Positions 11,525 to 23,544 of a stretch of 64,000 nucleotides of DNA are shown here, one piece after another; the first letter of the stretch is position 1; each line of letters opens with the position of its first letter. The stretch is taken from NCBI RefSeq assembly GCF_006345805.1, contig NC_042998.1, positions 164,858,001 to 164,922,000 on the forward strand, in the 5' to 3' direction. The position numbers and the translations under genes are program-made. The notes under the pieces were generated by a model. It was given only the letters and a program-made list of their open reading frames with translations, had not been told where the DNA came from and did not search any database. The stretch comes from Octopus sinensis. Its lineage: Eukaryota.

Positions 11525-12260
11525 CTTGGATGTAACGCAAGAGCAACAAATTTTTCGGATTTCTTCCAGCCACAGAGCATCTTGGTTAAATTCATTCTCC
11601 TCGCTCCACATTTTCCTCCAGAAGGAGTCTATGCTTTCACGTGAGGGAGCTCCCGTGATATTTATTACTCCTCCTCTCATGTCTCTGTATACCGCTACCT
11701 GGTTGCGGTTAAATATTTTGTTTATTGTTCTCTCAGCTATTCTCTTCTGATGTCGGAGTTTGTCACTGACAGCTTTTAGCTCCTGCTTTACGGTAATCAG
11801 TTTGCAAGTGAGTGTGCCCTTTTGCTGTCTCCAAACATCATTTCTATCACATTCTTTACTTTCTGTTGGTGGGACGTATAGTGATTTGCTTGCTTGAATG
11901 CAATATACATCATTACATGACTGATGGTCTTCCGTAAACCAGATATCTTTTTCTCTGTATTAAAAATCCATGATGGTACTTCCTTCGTTGTTTCGATTTT
12001 GTTTACTTTTTGAATATCATTCATGTACTGGTTTACAGTAGTAGCCAGCTCGTACAGACAGGCGCTAATCTGCTTATATGTAGGTTCATCCCACTGTTGT
12101 AAATACTCATCACCAATTTTGTTAACAATGTATGTATGTATGTATGTATTTATGTATGTATATATGTATGTATGTATGTATGTGTGTGTGTTTGTGTGTG
12201 TGTATAATAAATGAATTTTTAACTGTTCTATGAGGTTCATTGCATGTGGGTGAGTATTCC
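11525..12260 (-). pseudogene. R4/Dong-like (restriction-like endonuclease clade) non-LTR retrotransposon fragment, region upstream of the RT domain
   Basis: VNKIGDEYLQQ...ISACLYELATTV...PSWIFNTEKKISGLRKTIS...(frameshift)...VKQELKAVSDKLRHQKRIAERTINKIFNRNQVAVYRDM...PSRESIDSFWRKMWSEENEFNQDALWLEEI fits the pre-RT pattern of R4/Dong ORFs as I remember it. Interrupted by (TATG)n/(TG)n at ~12130-12205. Confidence 0.7.
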
Positions 12261-12480
12261 AATATCAAACAGAATCAGTGCAAAATTGTGTGACAAAGGC
12301 GAACCTTTGACATCAACAAGCCGGATTTAGTATAGTGTCTAATCTGCTTTCGCTTATATGGTATTAGTGCATCCGAGGCTATAGAAAATGAAGCCACCCA
12401 GTGATACCGAGACCCAGTCTTCGTGATTGTATAATGCACCTACTGTATATGTTCTTGCGCGTGCGCGCGTATGTGCTTCT

Positions 12481-12761
12481 TTCATTTATTGAGTCTTCAT
12501 CATATGATTAATAAATGAAGAAAACATTTTTTTAAACGAATAAAGCAAAGTGAAAATCGATGAATATTGAAGGCAAAAGATTAAGGAAGGAGTCTCAGTC
12601 AGTTCTATTCAATTTAGTTTTCTTTTCAATGGAATTCTTTCATTCTTTGATTTTTGTTTTGTTTGGCGCTTCTTCCCCAAAGCCCTCGTTGTAAAGATAT
12701 GAACAAACATAAAGATAAGGCTTAAAAATGTCTTACAACTAACGGAATGATGTTCACATTA
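12481..12761 (+). repeat. ~285-bp direct repeat, copy 1
   Basis: Aligns with 16894-17179 (AAAGCAAAGTGAAAATCGATGAATATTGAAGGCAAAAGATTAAG...GATATGAACAAACATAAAGATAAGGCT). Confidence 0.85.
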
Positions 12762-12941
12762 GAGATGTATTCCACCCGCTGGGCTTAATATACAGCGTCT
12801 GTCTATCTGCTTTCACTTATAAGATATGCGTCTGCCCGAAGTTATAGAAAATGATGTTACAGTGAAATCGAACCCAGACATCATTATTGCTTAATACACC
12901 ATCTGTATATGTGCTTAGTGTGTCTTTATATGTGTTAGTAC

Positions 12942-13394
<453 letters not shown>

Positions 13395-13431
13395 TAGGTG
13401 AGAGAGTTAGTATGGGAAAGCACGTTGTTGG

Positions 13432-14995
13432 ATGTATAAAAGACAAATTAGAGTGAAAAAAACTACAGAAGACTTGTGTTGTATGGTTAAAGAATATATT
13501 TAAATTGTTATGTTTAGGAATATATTCAAATGTTATGTTAAATCGTTATGTTATAAAATTTGGTGTAAAGTAACATAGTTTTTGGAGAAATAACCGGTTT
13601 CGTATTTTCTTTTCAAATTTCTCAGATTTCTTTATCGATATTGTGTCATCTCTTAGCTTCTAAAGAAAAAAAAACTATAAAAACAAACAAAAACTGAACA
13701 ACGCACAAATTACCCCCAGTTTTAACCAATTAGTCAACAACAACCCTCTTATTATCCTCCATACACCATAAATAGAAATCACCAGCCACCACCATTTTTG
13801 ACCCACCCAAAACTAAACAGCGAAAAAGCTGACAGCAAACACATTTATGAAATAGATTACACCAAATCTAAAGATCACCCATATACCAGAAACAGCACAC
13901 ATCAATAACGTCCCAATACCAGGCATAACCACCACATAACAACACAAAACAACACTAGGATAAGAAGCACACCACATACCAGGCACTACTACCTCATGAC
14001 CCAAAATTACTGGTCCCCACCGAACACAAGAACAACACAAAATAACACTAGGTCAAGAAACACCCCGCATACAAGAAATTCCAAACACAAATATACCACA
14101 TACAGAAATGTTACACACATCACTAACCAAAACGTCCATAGACACCCACACACACAACAATCTGAGGCAACAATATCACCTTTCCCCCGGACTAATCCCA
14201 TGCAACCTCACAGACAAATCATGCAAACAAAACTACAACCAGCTTTTTTAGCCCCAGACCAGAGACACCAGGACACGGGTTAGAACCTGGTGATCAGGAA
14301 AAACCGAAGATAATTAACTTCTCAACTAAACATCTTTCAAGCACAAAGATAGACACCCAAACTACATAGGGTCCACGGGATTATCGCTCAGACGCAGATG
14401 CACTCTGCACCGACTACAGATTGCATTCCCCGAACACAGAATGATTCCCTTTAGTGCACACATTGAGAAATGCGCAAAGTAACTGCTACCACAATTTGTA
14501 ATCTTTCTATTTTATCTTTCTATTTTATGAACACAAGTTAGATTAAATAAGGAAACCTACTTCATTGAAAACTATTAGCCAAAACTTAACCATTTCTAGC
14601 CATCTTAAAAAAGGAAACTTGTTCTTTCAAAAAAATAGAAAGCAAAATGTAACCACTTCGAACATTCTGTTCTTTCTAAACCAAATCATGTTAAATTAAA
14701 ACCTAGTCATTCCCAACATTTTTTATTGTCTCCCTTTTACCGAAAACATCCCTGATTGTTTTCCCCTGTCTGGAACTCTCATACTTCACTTCAAAGCGAA
14801 GAGATGACTCAATATCGATAAAGAAATTTGAGAAATTTGAAAAGAAAATAGGAAACCGGTTATTTCTCCAGAAACAAAGTTACTTTACACAAAATTTTAT
14901 AACACTTTCCTAACATAACGATTTAAAAGTATTCTTTAACCATATAACACAAGTCTTCTGTAGTTTTTTCACTCTACTTTGTCTTTTATATACAT
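13432..14995 (+). mobile_element. 1.56-kb element with ~210-bp inverted terminal repeats, probably Penelope-like (inverted pseudo-LTRs)
   Basis: 13432-13655 is the reverse complement of ~14790-14995. Each arm has a decayed hammerhead (AGAAAU-[C/U]UGAGAA...GAAACCGGUU-AUUUCU). The interior has a nearly open N/T/H/R-rich frame, then EKPKIINFSTKHLSSTKI (~14300), which resembles the motif preceding PLE RT domains. Confidence 0.6.
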
Positions 14996-15332
14996 ATATA
15001 TGTGTGTGTGTGTATGTATGTATGTATGTATGATATTATTTAATTTCTCTGTCTAATTCCTAATAGTAAATGACACACGTGTAATGGTGAATAAATGATA
15101 CCAAAATATTTCCAATTTCATGTTTTGTGAGATAGATAGACAGATAGATAGATAGACAGACAGACAGTCAGACAGACAGATACATACATACATACATGCA
15201 TGCATTCATACATACTCATGCTTAATCACGCATTTGTAATACGCAACACACACACACACACGCACACACACACATGCACACACACACACAAATATATATA
15301 TATACATATATATATATGTATATGTATGTATG

Positions 15333-15367
<35 letters not shown>

Positions 15368-15398
15368 ATGTATATATATATATATGTATATATATATG

Positions 15399-15447
<49 letters not shown>

Positions 15448-15786
15448 GTGTATATATATATATAATATATACGAGGAAGCATGCACGTGCATACACATAC
15501 GCACACACACACATACACACATAACCTGCACAAACACTTCCGTAGAAATATTCCCAGTTATCAGGTTCCTTGATCTTTTAATATTTGCCGTCTGTTCCCC
15601 AATTGTGACATTCACCTGTGATTGTCATTGCCAATTGATGTACATTTCTAGTTAATTTTTTTTTTTTTTGTAACTATTTTTCAATTAGTTTTTAATTTCG
15701 ACATTCTTTCGTTCTTCATTAATTCTGTAAATAGGCTTTGCTTTTAGAAATTCCTATTCGACGTGCCCTCGCTTACTTTTTCGCTC

Positions 15787-15796
15787 TCTCTCTCTC

Positions 15797-15880
<84 letters not shown>

Positions 15881-15917
15881 ATCTCACTCTCCCTCTCTCT
15901 CTTTCTCTCTCTCTCTA

Positions 15918-15960
<43 letters not shown>
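15787..15960. repeat. (CT)n microsatellite within a compound microsatellite block (~15130-16240)
   Basis: Seen directly. Confidence 0.95.
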
Positions 15961-15962
<2 letters not shown>

Positions 15963-16893
15963 AGCCTCTCGCGTTGCGTGCAATCATAGGTGTTTTTGCA
16001 TGTGTGAGTCTGTATATATGTATGCATGTATGTATGTATGTATGCATGTATGTATGTATGTATGTATGTATGTGTATGTATATATATATACAGATATACA
16101 ATGTATATTCATATACACCCATATACATACAAGCACACACACACACACACATATACATATTTATATACATATACACCCATATACACCCATATACATACAA
16201 GCACAGTTATATATACAAGCACACACACACACATATATACACGCATTTTTATATTTATTAATGTTACTATTATTTTGTTATTTTGTTCGTGTATTATATA
16301 AATACGTTTATGTATTTCTCCTTCCGTCATAATATAATAGTTGCTAATGAGAAAATGTTGGCGCCGTTATTTAACTTTTATTGTTGTTATTTTTTTTTTT
16401 CTGTGTTGTTTTGTTCGCATCTTATCTTTATCCTGTTCATTTGTGTTTACTTTCTTCCCGCCCCCACCGCCATCGCCACCTTATATTTATGATCGTTGTA
16501 GTTATTTTGCTTTGCCCCTTTCCTCTCTTGAGTAAAGCAGAAGTAATGAAAAAGGAACAAAACTGTGTCTCTTCTTTCGGAAGTAAAAATTTAATCCTGT
16601 TTGTTACACATTTTTATTTCATGTATTTTCTTCCCCTTTTTTTATTATTATTTTTTTTTTTTAGTTGAGGGGAAGGATTCCAACTGGGAATTGTAATCAC
16701 TGAAAAGATATCTATCTATCTATCAGGGAAACATTTTTTGGTGTAGTTTCTAGCTTAAAGCATTAGTGAGAAAATTATCATGGCAGCTTATTAAGTCAAT
16801 CGTCTTGCTGACAATCTGTCTCGTCACAACCATATTTTCTTTCTCATTTTTTTCTTTTTTTTTCTTTTTTATGTGTATGTCTTTGTTTCTATC

Positions 16894-17179
16894 TTCAATT
16901 CATTGAGTCTTCATCATATAATTAATAAATGAATAAAAGAAACTTTAAAATAAAATAAAGCAAAGTGAAAATCGATGAATATTGAAGGCAAAAGATTAAG
17001 AAAGAAATCTCGTTCAGTTCTATTCAATTTAGTTTTCTTTTCAATGGAATTTTTTTTTATTCTTTGATTTTTGTTTTGTTTGGCGCTTCCTTTCTAATAG
17101 CCCTCGTTGAAACGATATGAACAAACATAAAGATAAGGCTCACAAGTGTCTTACAACTGTCGGAGTGATGTTCACATTA
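16894..17179 (+). repeat. ~285-bp direct repeat, copy 2
   Basis: Aligns with 12481-12761. Confidence 0.85.
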
Positions 17180-17624
17180 ACGCCATCTGATATGAAAAAT
17201 CATTTTCTAACATACACGCAGCGGCAGTAAATTCGCAACAACAATTATAACAATTACAACAACATATAAAGATAACTACAAATATAGATAGACGTATAAA
17301 ACTGTGCGTGTATGCGTACATGTGTGTGGAAAAAGGAAAGAGAGGGGAAGAGATTGAGTGAGTGAATGAATGAGTGGATGGGTGAGTGAATAATCGCAAA
17401 ATATGAGAAATGATGAAGTTGATGCAAATGAAGCTGGTGACAGTCGCCATCTACTGTGAGTGGACGGTGACGGATATGAAGTCCGAATGGTGACGGTGGC
17501 AGCGGTGGCGGCGGCGGCGGCGGTGGTGGTGGTGGTGGTGGTGGTGGTGGTGGTGGTAGGGGAGGATGTCGGTGTAGTTTATTCTAGTATCGGTGGTGAT
17601 GGTGAGAGAGAGTATATATATATA

Positions 17625-17951
17625 GGAGCACTCCGTCGGTTGCGACGACGAGGGTCCCAGCTGATACGATCAACGGAACAGCTTGCTAGTGAAATTAACG
17701 TGTAAGTGGCTGAGCACTCCACAAACACGTGTACCCTTAACGTAGTTCTCGGGGAGATTCAGCGTGACACAGTGTGTGACAAGGCTGGCCCTTTGAAATA
17801 CAGGTACTACTCATTTTTTGCCAGCTGAGTGGACTGGAACAACGTGAAATAAAGTGTCTTGCTCAAGGACACAACGCGCCGGCGGGAATTGAACCCATGA
17901 CCTTACGATCATGAGCCGAAAGCACCTAACCACTAAGCCACGCGCCTTCAC
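17625..17951 (-). mobile_element. SINE family D, full length and little decayed
   Basis: Minus strand GAAGGCGCGTGGCTTAGTGGTTAGG...GGCTCATGATCGTAAGGTCATGGGTTCAATTCCCG (tRNA-like head with A/B boxes), then GTTGTGTCCTTGAGCAAGACACTTT. Confidence 0.92.
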
Positions 17952-18479
17952 TCATATATGATGGCGGTGATGATGATACTTATGATGACATTAAAAGTAA
18001 TCAATTTTCAATGATTACTACAGATAAGAAGTGAAGCTTACAATGAACGAGGAGCTTCTTTATGGTCGATCAAAATGCTAGAAGCAACAACCAAATCACT
18101 CTCAAATCAGCGTGTAGTCTTAGAGAGACACAGTCAAATTGAAGAATGTATCGTTGACCTGTCCCATGCACACGGAGCTAACTTTGTTGTGTGGTAAAAG
18201 TACAGAATAGACGCAGGCGTGGCTTGCTTTCTTTGCAACCGTGTGTTTTCGGGTTCGGTCCCGACTAATGACTTGTGAGTGAATTTGGTAGACAGAAATT
18301 GTGTGGAAGCTCCTCGTATATATGTGTGTGTATGTGGTGTGTGTGTGTGTGTGTGTGAGTGAGTGTGTGTGTATGCATGTATGTGTGTGCACGCGCGTGC
18401 GTGTTTACGTCCATATTTGTCCCCTCCTTCACCGCTTGACATCCAGTGTCGGTTTGTTTACGTCCTCCTTAATAAGCAG

Positions 18480-19072
18480 GGAAAGACTTCCGCCCCCCCC
18501 CTCACCAAAAAAAACACCCTTTCTAAAAATGTTTCTTTTTTTCGACAGAAACCCCCGTTTTCGACTAAGGGGAATACGAATTTGCAAAAAAATTGGAAAA
18601 ATCGACATTTCTAAATTACCCATTTCCTTCATTTTTAACTTTTTACACAATTTCTTTTTCAAAATATGCGGAAAAATACGGAAGTTATGATTCTGAAAAA
18701 AACTTACAAAAATCTTTGTAAATTTTTTTTTTTAAGAAATTCTTTTTATAAACATGCAGAAAAATACGGACATCATGATTCGGACAAAAATGTCAAAACA
18801 TTTCAGTACTTACGGCTACGGTTTTAGGGTAAGGGTTAGGGTTTTAGGGTTAGGATTAGGGTTAGGGTTAGGGCGTTAGGGTTAGGGTTTTAGGGTTAGA
18901 GTTAGGGTTTTAGGGTTAGGGTTAAGGTTAGGGTTAGGGTTAGTGTCGGGAAAAAATGTCAAAATTGAAGAAGCTGGGGGGGGGATTTCACAATGCCAAT
19001 TTTTGGCAAAAAAAATTACGAAAATAAACAACTTTGGGAGAAAATGGGTGCGAGGCGAGCGGAAGTCTTTTC
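18480..19072. mobile_element. 593-bp non-autonomous DNA transposon with 8-bp TSD and an internal TTAGGG tract
   Basis: TIRs GGAAAGACTTCCGC / GCGGAAGTCTTTTC (13/14 match); TSD ATAAGCAG at 18472-18479 and 19073-19080. Confidence 0.88.
18821..18943 (+). repeat. Interstitial telomeric-type (TTAGGG)n with variant units
   Basis: About 20 hexamer-scale units including TTTTAGGG, TTAGGA, TTAAGG and TTAGAG variants. Confidence 0.93.
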
Positions 19073-19215
19073 ATAAGCAGCTCAGCACAAAAGACAAGGA
19101 CAAGGACAATCAAAAAATATATGAAAATAAAATGAAAACTAGATAAAGACAAACCTAGTAAATATATCGGTTTCTAATTTTGGTGCATTACCTATTTCAT
19201 GGGGCAAGAATTAAT

Positions 19216-19458
19216 CAGTATTTCTCAACCATATTTTTACCTAAGGACACCTTTGATTTTGATTTTACTCGAGGAGGTCCTTCATAGCCAATTGATGTTT
19301 AAAGAAATCCAATTATTTTTATAATTAGGAATTTTATTTTTTAAAGATGTTGAAATATTTTGTATATTCTAGAAGTATAAGCAATTTTATTGCACAGATT
19401 TTAACAAATTCTTTTATGGACCCTCAAAGGTCATATGAACCCCGGTTAACAACCAGTG
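19216..19458. mobile_element. Decayed hAT (Charlie-like) MITE
   Basis: Ends CAGTATTTCTCAACC / GGTTAACAACCAGTG resemble the TIRs of the 29495-29812 element. Confidence 0.55.
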
Positions 19459-19903
19459 GTTTACATAGACCGCAATACTTGACCGGTGTTTTAATTTATT
19501 GATATATATTTCTTTACTTTTTTATATTTAGGGATCAATGGCAAGGCTGAGATCTCCGCAGGGTTTGATCTCAAAATGTAAATAACCGGGACAAGACAGT
19601 ACAGCAATATTTCTGACCCTCAAAGAAATTCTGCCAATCCATAATCTTCGCCGCCTAAAACTGCGAATAATTAACATTTAAAAATATCGATTTTAAAAAA
19701 TACATTTGAGTGAACCATTTAGCACGTCAAAATTATTTTTACTAATTTCCATAAGTGAAACACAACTAAATACTAGTCTACTAGTTTTGTCTTTCAAAAA
19801 ATACATAGGGACGAAAAGCTGTTTTCATATTGAAAAAGCATAAAATGTGAGTGTTGCATGTTGGTATGTGTATATATTCTATTATTCTTTTATTTCTTTT
19901 TTT

Positions 19904-20339
19904 TTTTTACTTGTTGCAGTCATTTGACTGCCGCCATGCTGGAGCACCACCTGTAGTCGAACAAATCGACCTCAAACTTATTCTATCGGTCTCTTTTGCC
20001 GAACCGCTAAGTTACGGGGACGTCAACTCAACACACCAACATCAGTTGTCAAGCGTGTGTCTGTGTTTGTAGGGATACAAACACAGACACACACACATAA
20101 ACACACACACACATACATATATACGATACAAACACAGACACACACACATAAACACACACACACACATACATATATACGACGGGCTTCTTTCAGTTTCGTC
20201 TACCAAATCCACTCACAAGGCTTTGGTCGCCCCGAGGCTATAGTAGAAGACACTTGCCCAAGATTCCACGCAGTGGGACTGAACCCGGAACCACGTGGTT
20301 GGCAAGCAAGCTACTTACCACATAGCCACTCCTGCGCCT
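19904..20339 (-). mobile_element. SINE family A, full length, with central (CA)/(TA) tract
   Basis: Head ends ...CATAGCCACTCCTGCGCC; tail TTTTTACTTGTTGCAGTCATTTGACTG. Confidence 0.9.
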
Positions 20340-21740
20340 ATATATATATATATAGTGACTCCTTTGCAAAACCAGTGACTTCTTTCTTCACTGAGTCTAC
20401 GTAATTCAGACTACCCGATGCAACATGAATACCTGAGTACGTAGTATTGACAACCTGCAAAAAAGGTCAAATGCGTGGTTATCTCCGGAACGATTTTGTT
20501 CCGTCTGGTCCTGAAGTATATTGTGTTTTATAGCACACTGCGACTATAAAGGAATCTCTTCGAAGACGACCACTACACCTAACTTTTCGACGATATACAT
20601 ACGTTAAGTATGTCATATAAAAGCATTTTTATAAACAGACTTTGAAGCGCCGAGTGAGTTGGTGTTTTACAGAAAATAAAGTAATTATCGTGCACCAAAT
20701 AGCTGCAAAAACAGTGCAGAAAATTGGGTAAATACAGTAAGAAGACGGTGGCGGGAGTGGGGAGTGGCCAGCATGTCGCTACAATATAGTCGAACCCTAT
20801 ACCTCCTAAATTCCGGCTGAGTGCTCTGTACCATTTAGCTAAGCCATCCCTGACAACGAGTACCGTTTTATTTTTGACGAAATAAAATAGGTAAAACTGC
20901 AACATGGTTTTGGTTTCTTTCTTTTTGTACTTTACTTTGTACCTTCTCGTACTGTTCCTGCCTTACACAGCAAATCTCTTTAAAATATATGTGTGTATGA
21001 GAGAGAGTGAGAGTAAGAAAGCGTGTGTGTGTGTTGTGTGTGTGTGTGTGTATGTATACATATAGAGAGATGGAAAGGGAGACAAACAAAGAGATTGATA
21101 AACAGATATTTAATACATAATAGCCAGTAGCAATTCGGTGTAACATCGATCGCAAGTGTCTATCTATAGCAGATGGTGAAGTAGATAAATTACCAGATGG
21201 GAGTGGCTCTAACGAAATGAAAATTCGATAAACAACAAAACAATTAAAGGTGCAATAGATAGTAAAATAGAATATAAATCGTAAGGTAGAAAGCGCGTTA
21301 GCAAAGTTCTCAGAATATTTCTGACAGGAGTCGCCACGCACATGCAGATGTTTAAAGAAAATATTTGTTATATGAACATAAATTAAAAAAAAAAAAAAGA
21401 TCAAAGTTTAGAAAAATTTCACACTGTCCACAGTTTTTGTAGATGGTTCCAAATAATATAAATATGCATTTTTTTATTTTTCATATAATTGGCCGCTTTA
21501 TAGGTTTCGAAATGGTCAAATGGAGGTTTGCTGTTATTTCTCATTTTGAGGGTGACGACAGAGCATCTCTAACTTGAAGCATAGCTAATACTTGAAGGTT
21601 TTCGTTAAATGTTGGTGCTCACCGATTATGTTCATTTATCTCTATGCTATACATACATCAGCAAAAAGATATGCACACACACACAGACACACACACACAC
21701 ACACACGCACACGCACACACATACACACGCACGCACACAC

Positions 21741-22090
21741 GCATGGTTAAGGAGTCCGTTTTGTAACCACATGGTTTCGGGTTCTGTCCCGCTGCACGGT
21801 ACCTTAGGGAAATGTCTTCTACTATAACCACTGGTAGCCTTGTGAGTGAATTTAGTTGCCAGAAACTGTGCGCACCTATTTGTGCCTCCATGTTTGTGTT
21901 CGTACTCCACCATCGCTTTACAACCATTATTGGTTTGTTAACGTCCCCATATCTTAACGGTTTGGAAAAGGAGACGATAGAATAAGTACCAAATTTTAAA
22001 ACAATCAGTAATGGAGTCGGTGTGTTCCAAAACACATTTTACGGCAATGCTCCAGTGTGACCACATTCCTATAAATGAAACAAGTAAAAC
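21741..22090 (+). mobile_element. SINE family A, diverged
   Basis: CCACATGGTTTCGGGTTCTGTCCCGCTGCACGGTACCTTAGG...GATAGAATAAGTACC...GAAACAAGTAAAA. Confidence 0.8.
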
Positions 22091-22284
22091 GCAATATTTA
22101 CGCTACCCAAATTACGTTCGACAATTTGTGCTGAACTATATTACATATGTATGTCAATACTTACACATATCGATACGCAGATTTAGAATTTAGGATCCCA
22201 TCTGAACAGGGATATACGAAGTATCGCTGTTTCTTGTGTATGTGGATTGCACTACCTCGTAATTAACATATCGTATGTATAGAA

Positions 22285-22950
22285 ATAAACGAAGATCATG
22301 TCAACAGCAGCCACAACAAACATCAGCATCAAGATAGATAATGAAGAGATCGAAGTGGTTGATGATTTCATCTCCCTTGGCTCCAAAATAAATCGAGATG
22401 GTAACTGTACTCCAGAAATAAGGCGGCGGATAGTACTAGGTAGGGAGGCAATGATCAGCATGAGTAAGGTCTAGAAGAGTAGAAACATCAGCCTCGCTAC
22501 CAAATGCAGATTGGTGAATGCAATCGTCTTCCCAATAACAACATATCGATTCGAGTCCTGGACATTAAAGAAAGCTGACCAGAAGAGAATTAAGGCATTC
22601 GAGCTTTGGTGTTGGAGAAGACTTTTGCGGATTCCATGGACAGCGAGGCTCACCAATGGAGAAGTTCTTAACCAGATCAAGCCGAAACTGTCGCTAGAAG
22701 CTAGGATCACTAAGCATAGATTGACATATTTTGGTCATATTATGCGGAGAAAATCCCTGGAGAAGGACATCATGCTCGGAATGGTCAGTGGCAAGAGAGG
22801 AAGAGGCCGACCAAGAACCCGCTGGCCTGACACCATCAAGAGAGACACGGAATGGCCATAGCCAATCTGAAAGAAGCGACTCAGGATAGAACTGGCTGGA
22901 AAACACTGATCCATCGAGTAATCGAGAGTTGACTTCGACTGAGCGGATAG
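22285..22950 (+). pseudogene. RTE-clade (BovB-like) LINE 3' end, 5'-truncated
   Basis: TKIM...IDNEEIEVVDDFISLGSKI...EIRRRIVLG*...ESWTLKKADQKRIKAFELWCWRRLLRIPWTAR...LTYFGHIMRRKSLEKDIMLG...KRGRGRPRTRW, followed by an RTE-like 3' UTR ending CGACTGAGCG. Confidence 0.93.
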
Positions 22951-23149
22951 ATAAATGTATAGATTGCTTTCAAAGTTCTTTCATTTATTTATTATATTAA
23001 TGCTTTCAAATTTCAGCAAAAGAGACCGATAGAATGGGTACCAGGTTTTAAAAAAGTAAGTAATAGGGATCGAATCGTTCGATTTAAAATTCTTCAAGGT
23101 GGTGCCCCAGCATGGCCGCAACCTAATGACTGAAACAAGTAACCTATGA

Positions 23150-23400
23150 ATACGTTGTGCATAATTCACTTCAAAACCACCGATCTTTGGAAAGAGGAAC
23201 TTTTTAGAAATATTTTGCATCTTGGAATGCAAAAATGTTGCTAAAATTTTCAGTCTGCATCAACATTTGCTACATTTTTCATGAAAACTTGGTTGTGTAT
23301 CTGACAGGCAACGTGAATGACTACATCAAGATATTTCTGTCAGTTAAAAACAGATATCAAGGGAAATGGTCAGAGAGCATTCTTGAAGATCATTTCTGCG
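23150..23400 (+). pseudogene. Decayed C-terminus of a Chapaev-like (CMC) DNA transposase
   Basis: With frameshifts: VVHNSLQNHRS...MLLK...LHQHL...FHENL(G)CVSDRQRE*LHQDISV..KNRYQGKWSESILEDH. This matches the LHSHLDFFPENLGAVSDE.GERFHQDI..ME.RYQGKW motif that I recall from Chapaev3-type transposases. Confidence 0.65.
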
Positions 23401-23544
23401 ATAGGCAACTAATCATAACTTAAATGTTGAAGATGAACTAAAAGTATATTAAAATATCTGGGTTTTATTCCTTTGTTTTCATTACCTAACAATGCGACAT
23501 ATAATAGTAAGTTGAATTGTCGAATATCACGTGGTCTGACAGTT

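Larger units (their letters stand above)
18213..19110 (+). mobile_element. SINE family A copy split by a nested DNA transposon
   Basis: The tail TTTACGTCC...TAAGCAG resumes as CTCAGCACAAAAGAC after 19080. Confidence 0.75.

Noticed and set aside
18821-18943. TTAGGG tract as a chromosome end or fusion scar
   Set aside because: It lies inside an element bounded by TIRs and a TSD, and is not a head-to-head array.
20780-20860. Minus-strand tRNA-like A/B boxes (TAGCTAAATGG...GGTTCGACT)
   Set aside because: No full cloverleaf; likely a decayed SINE head.
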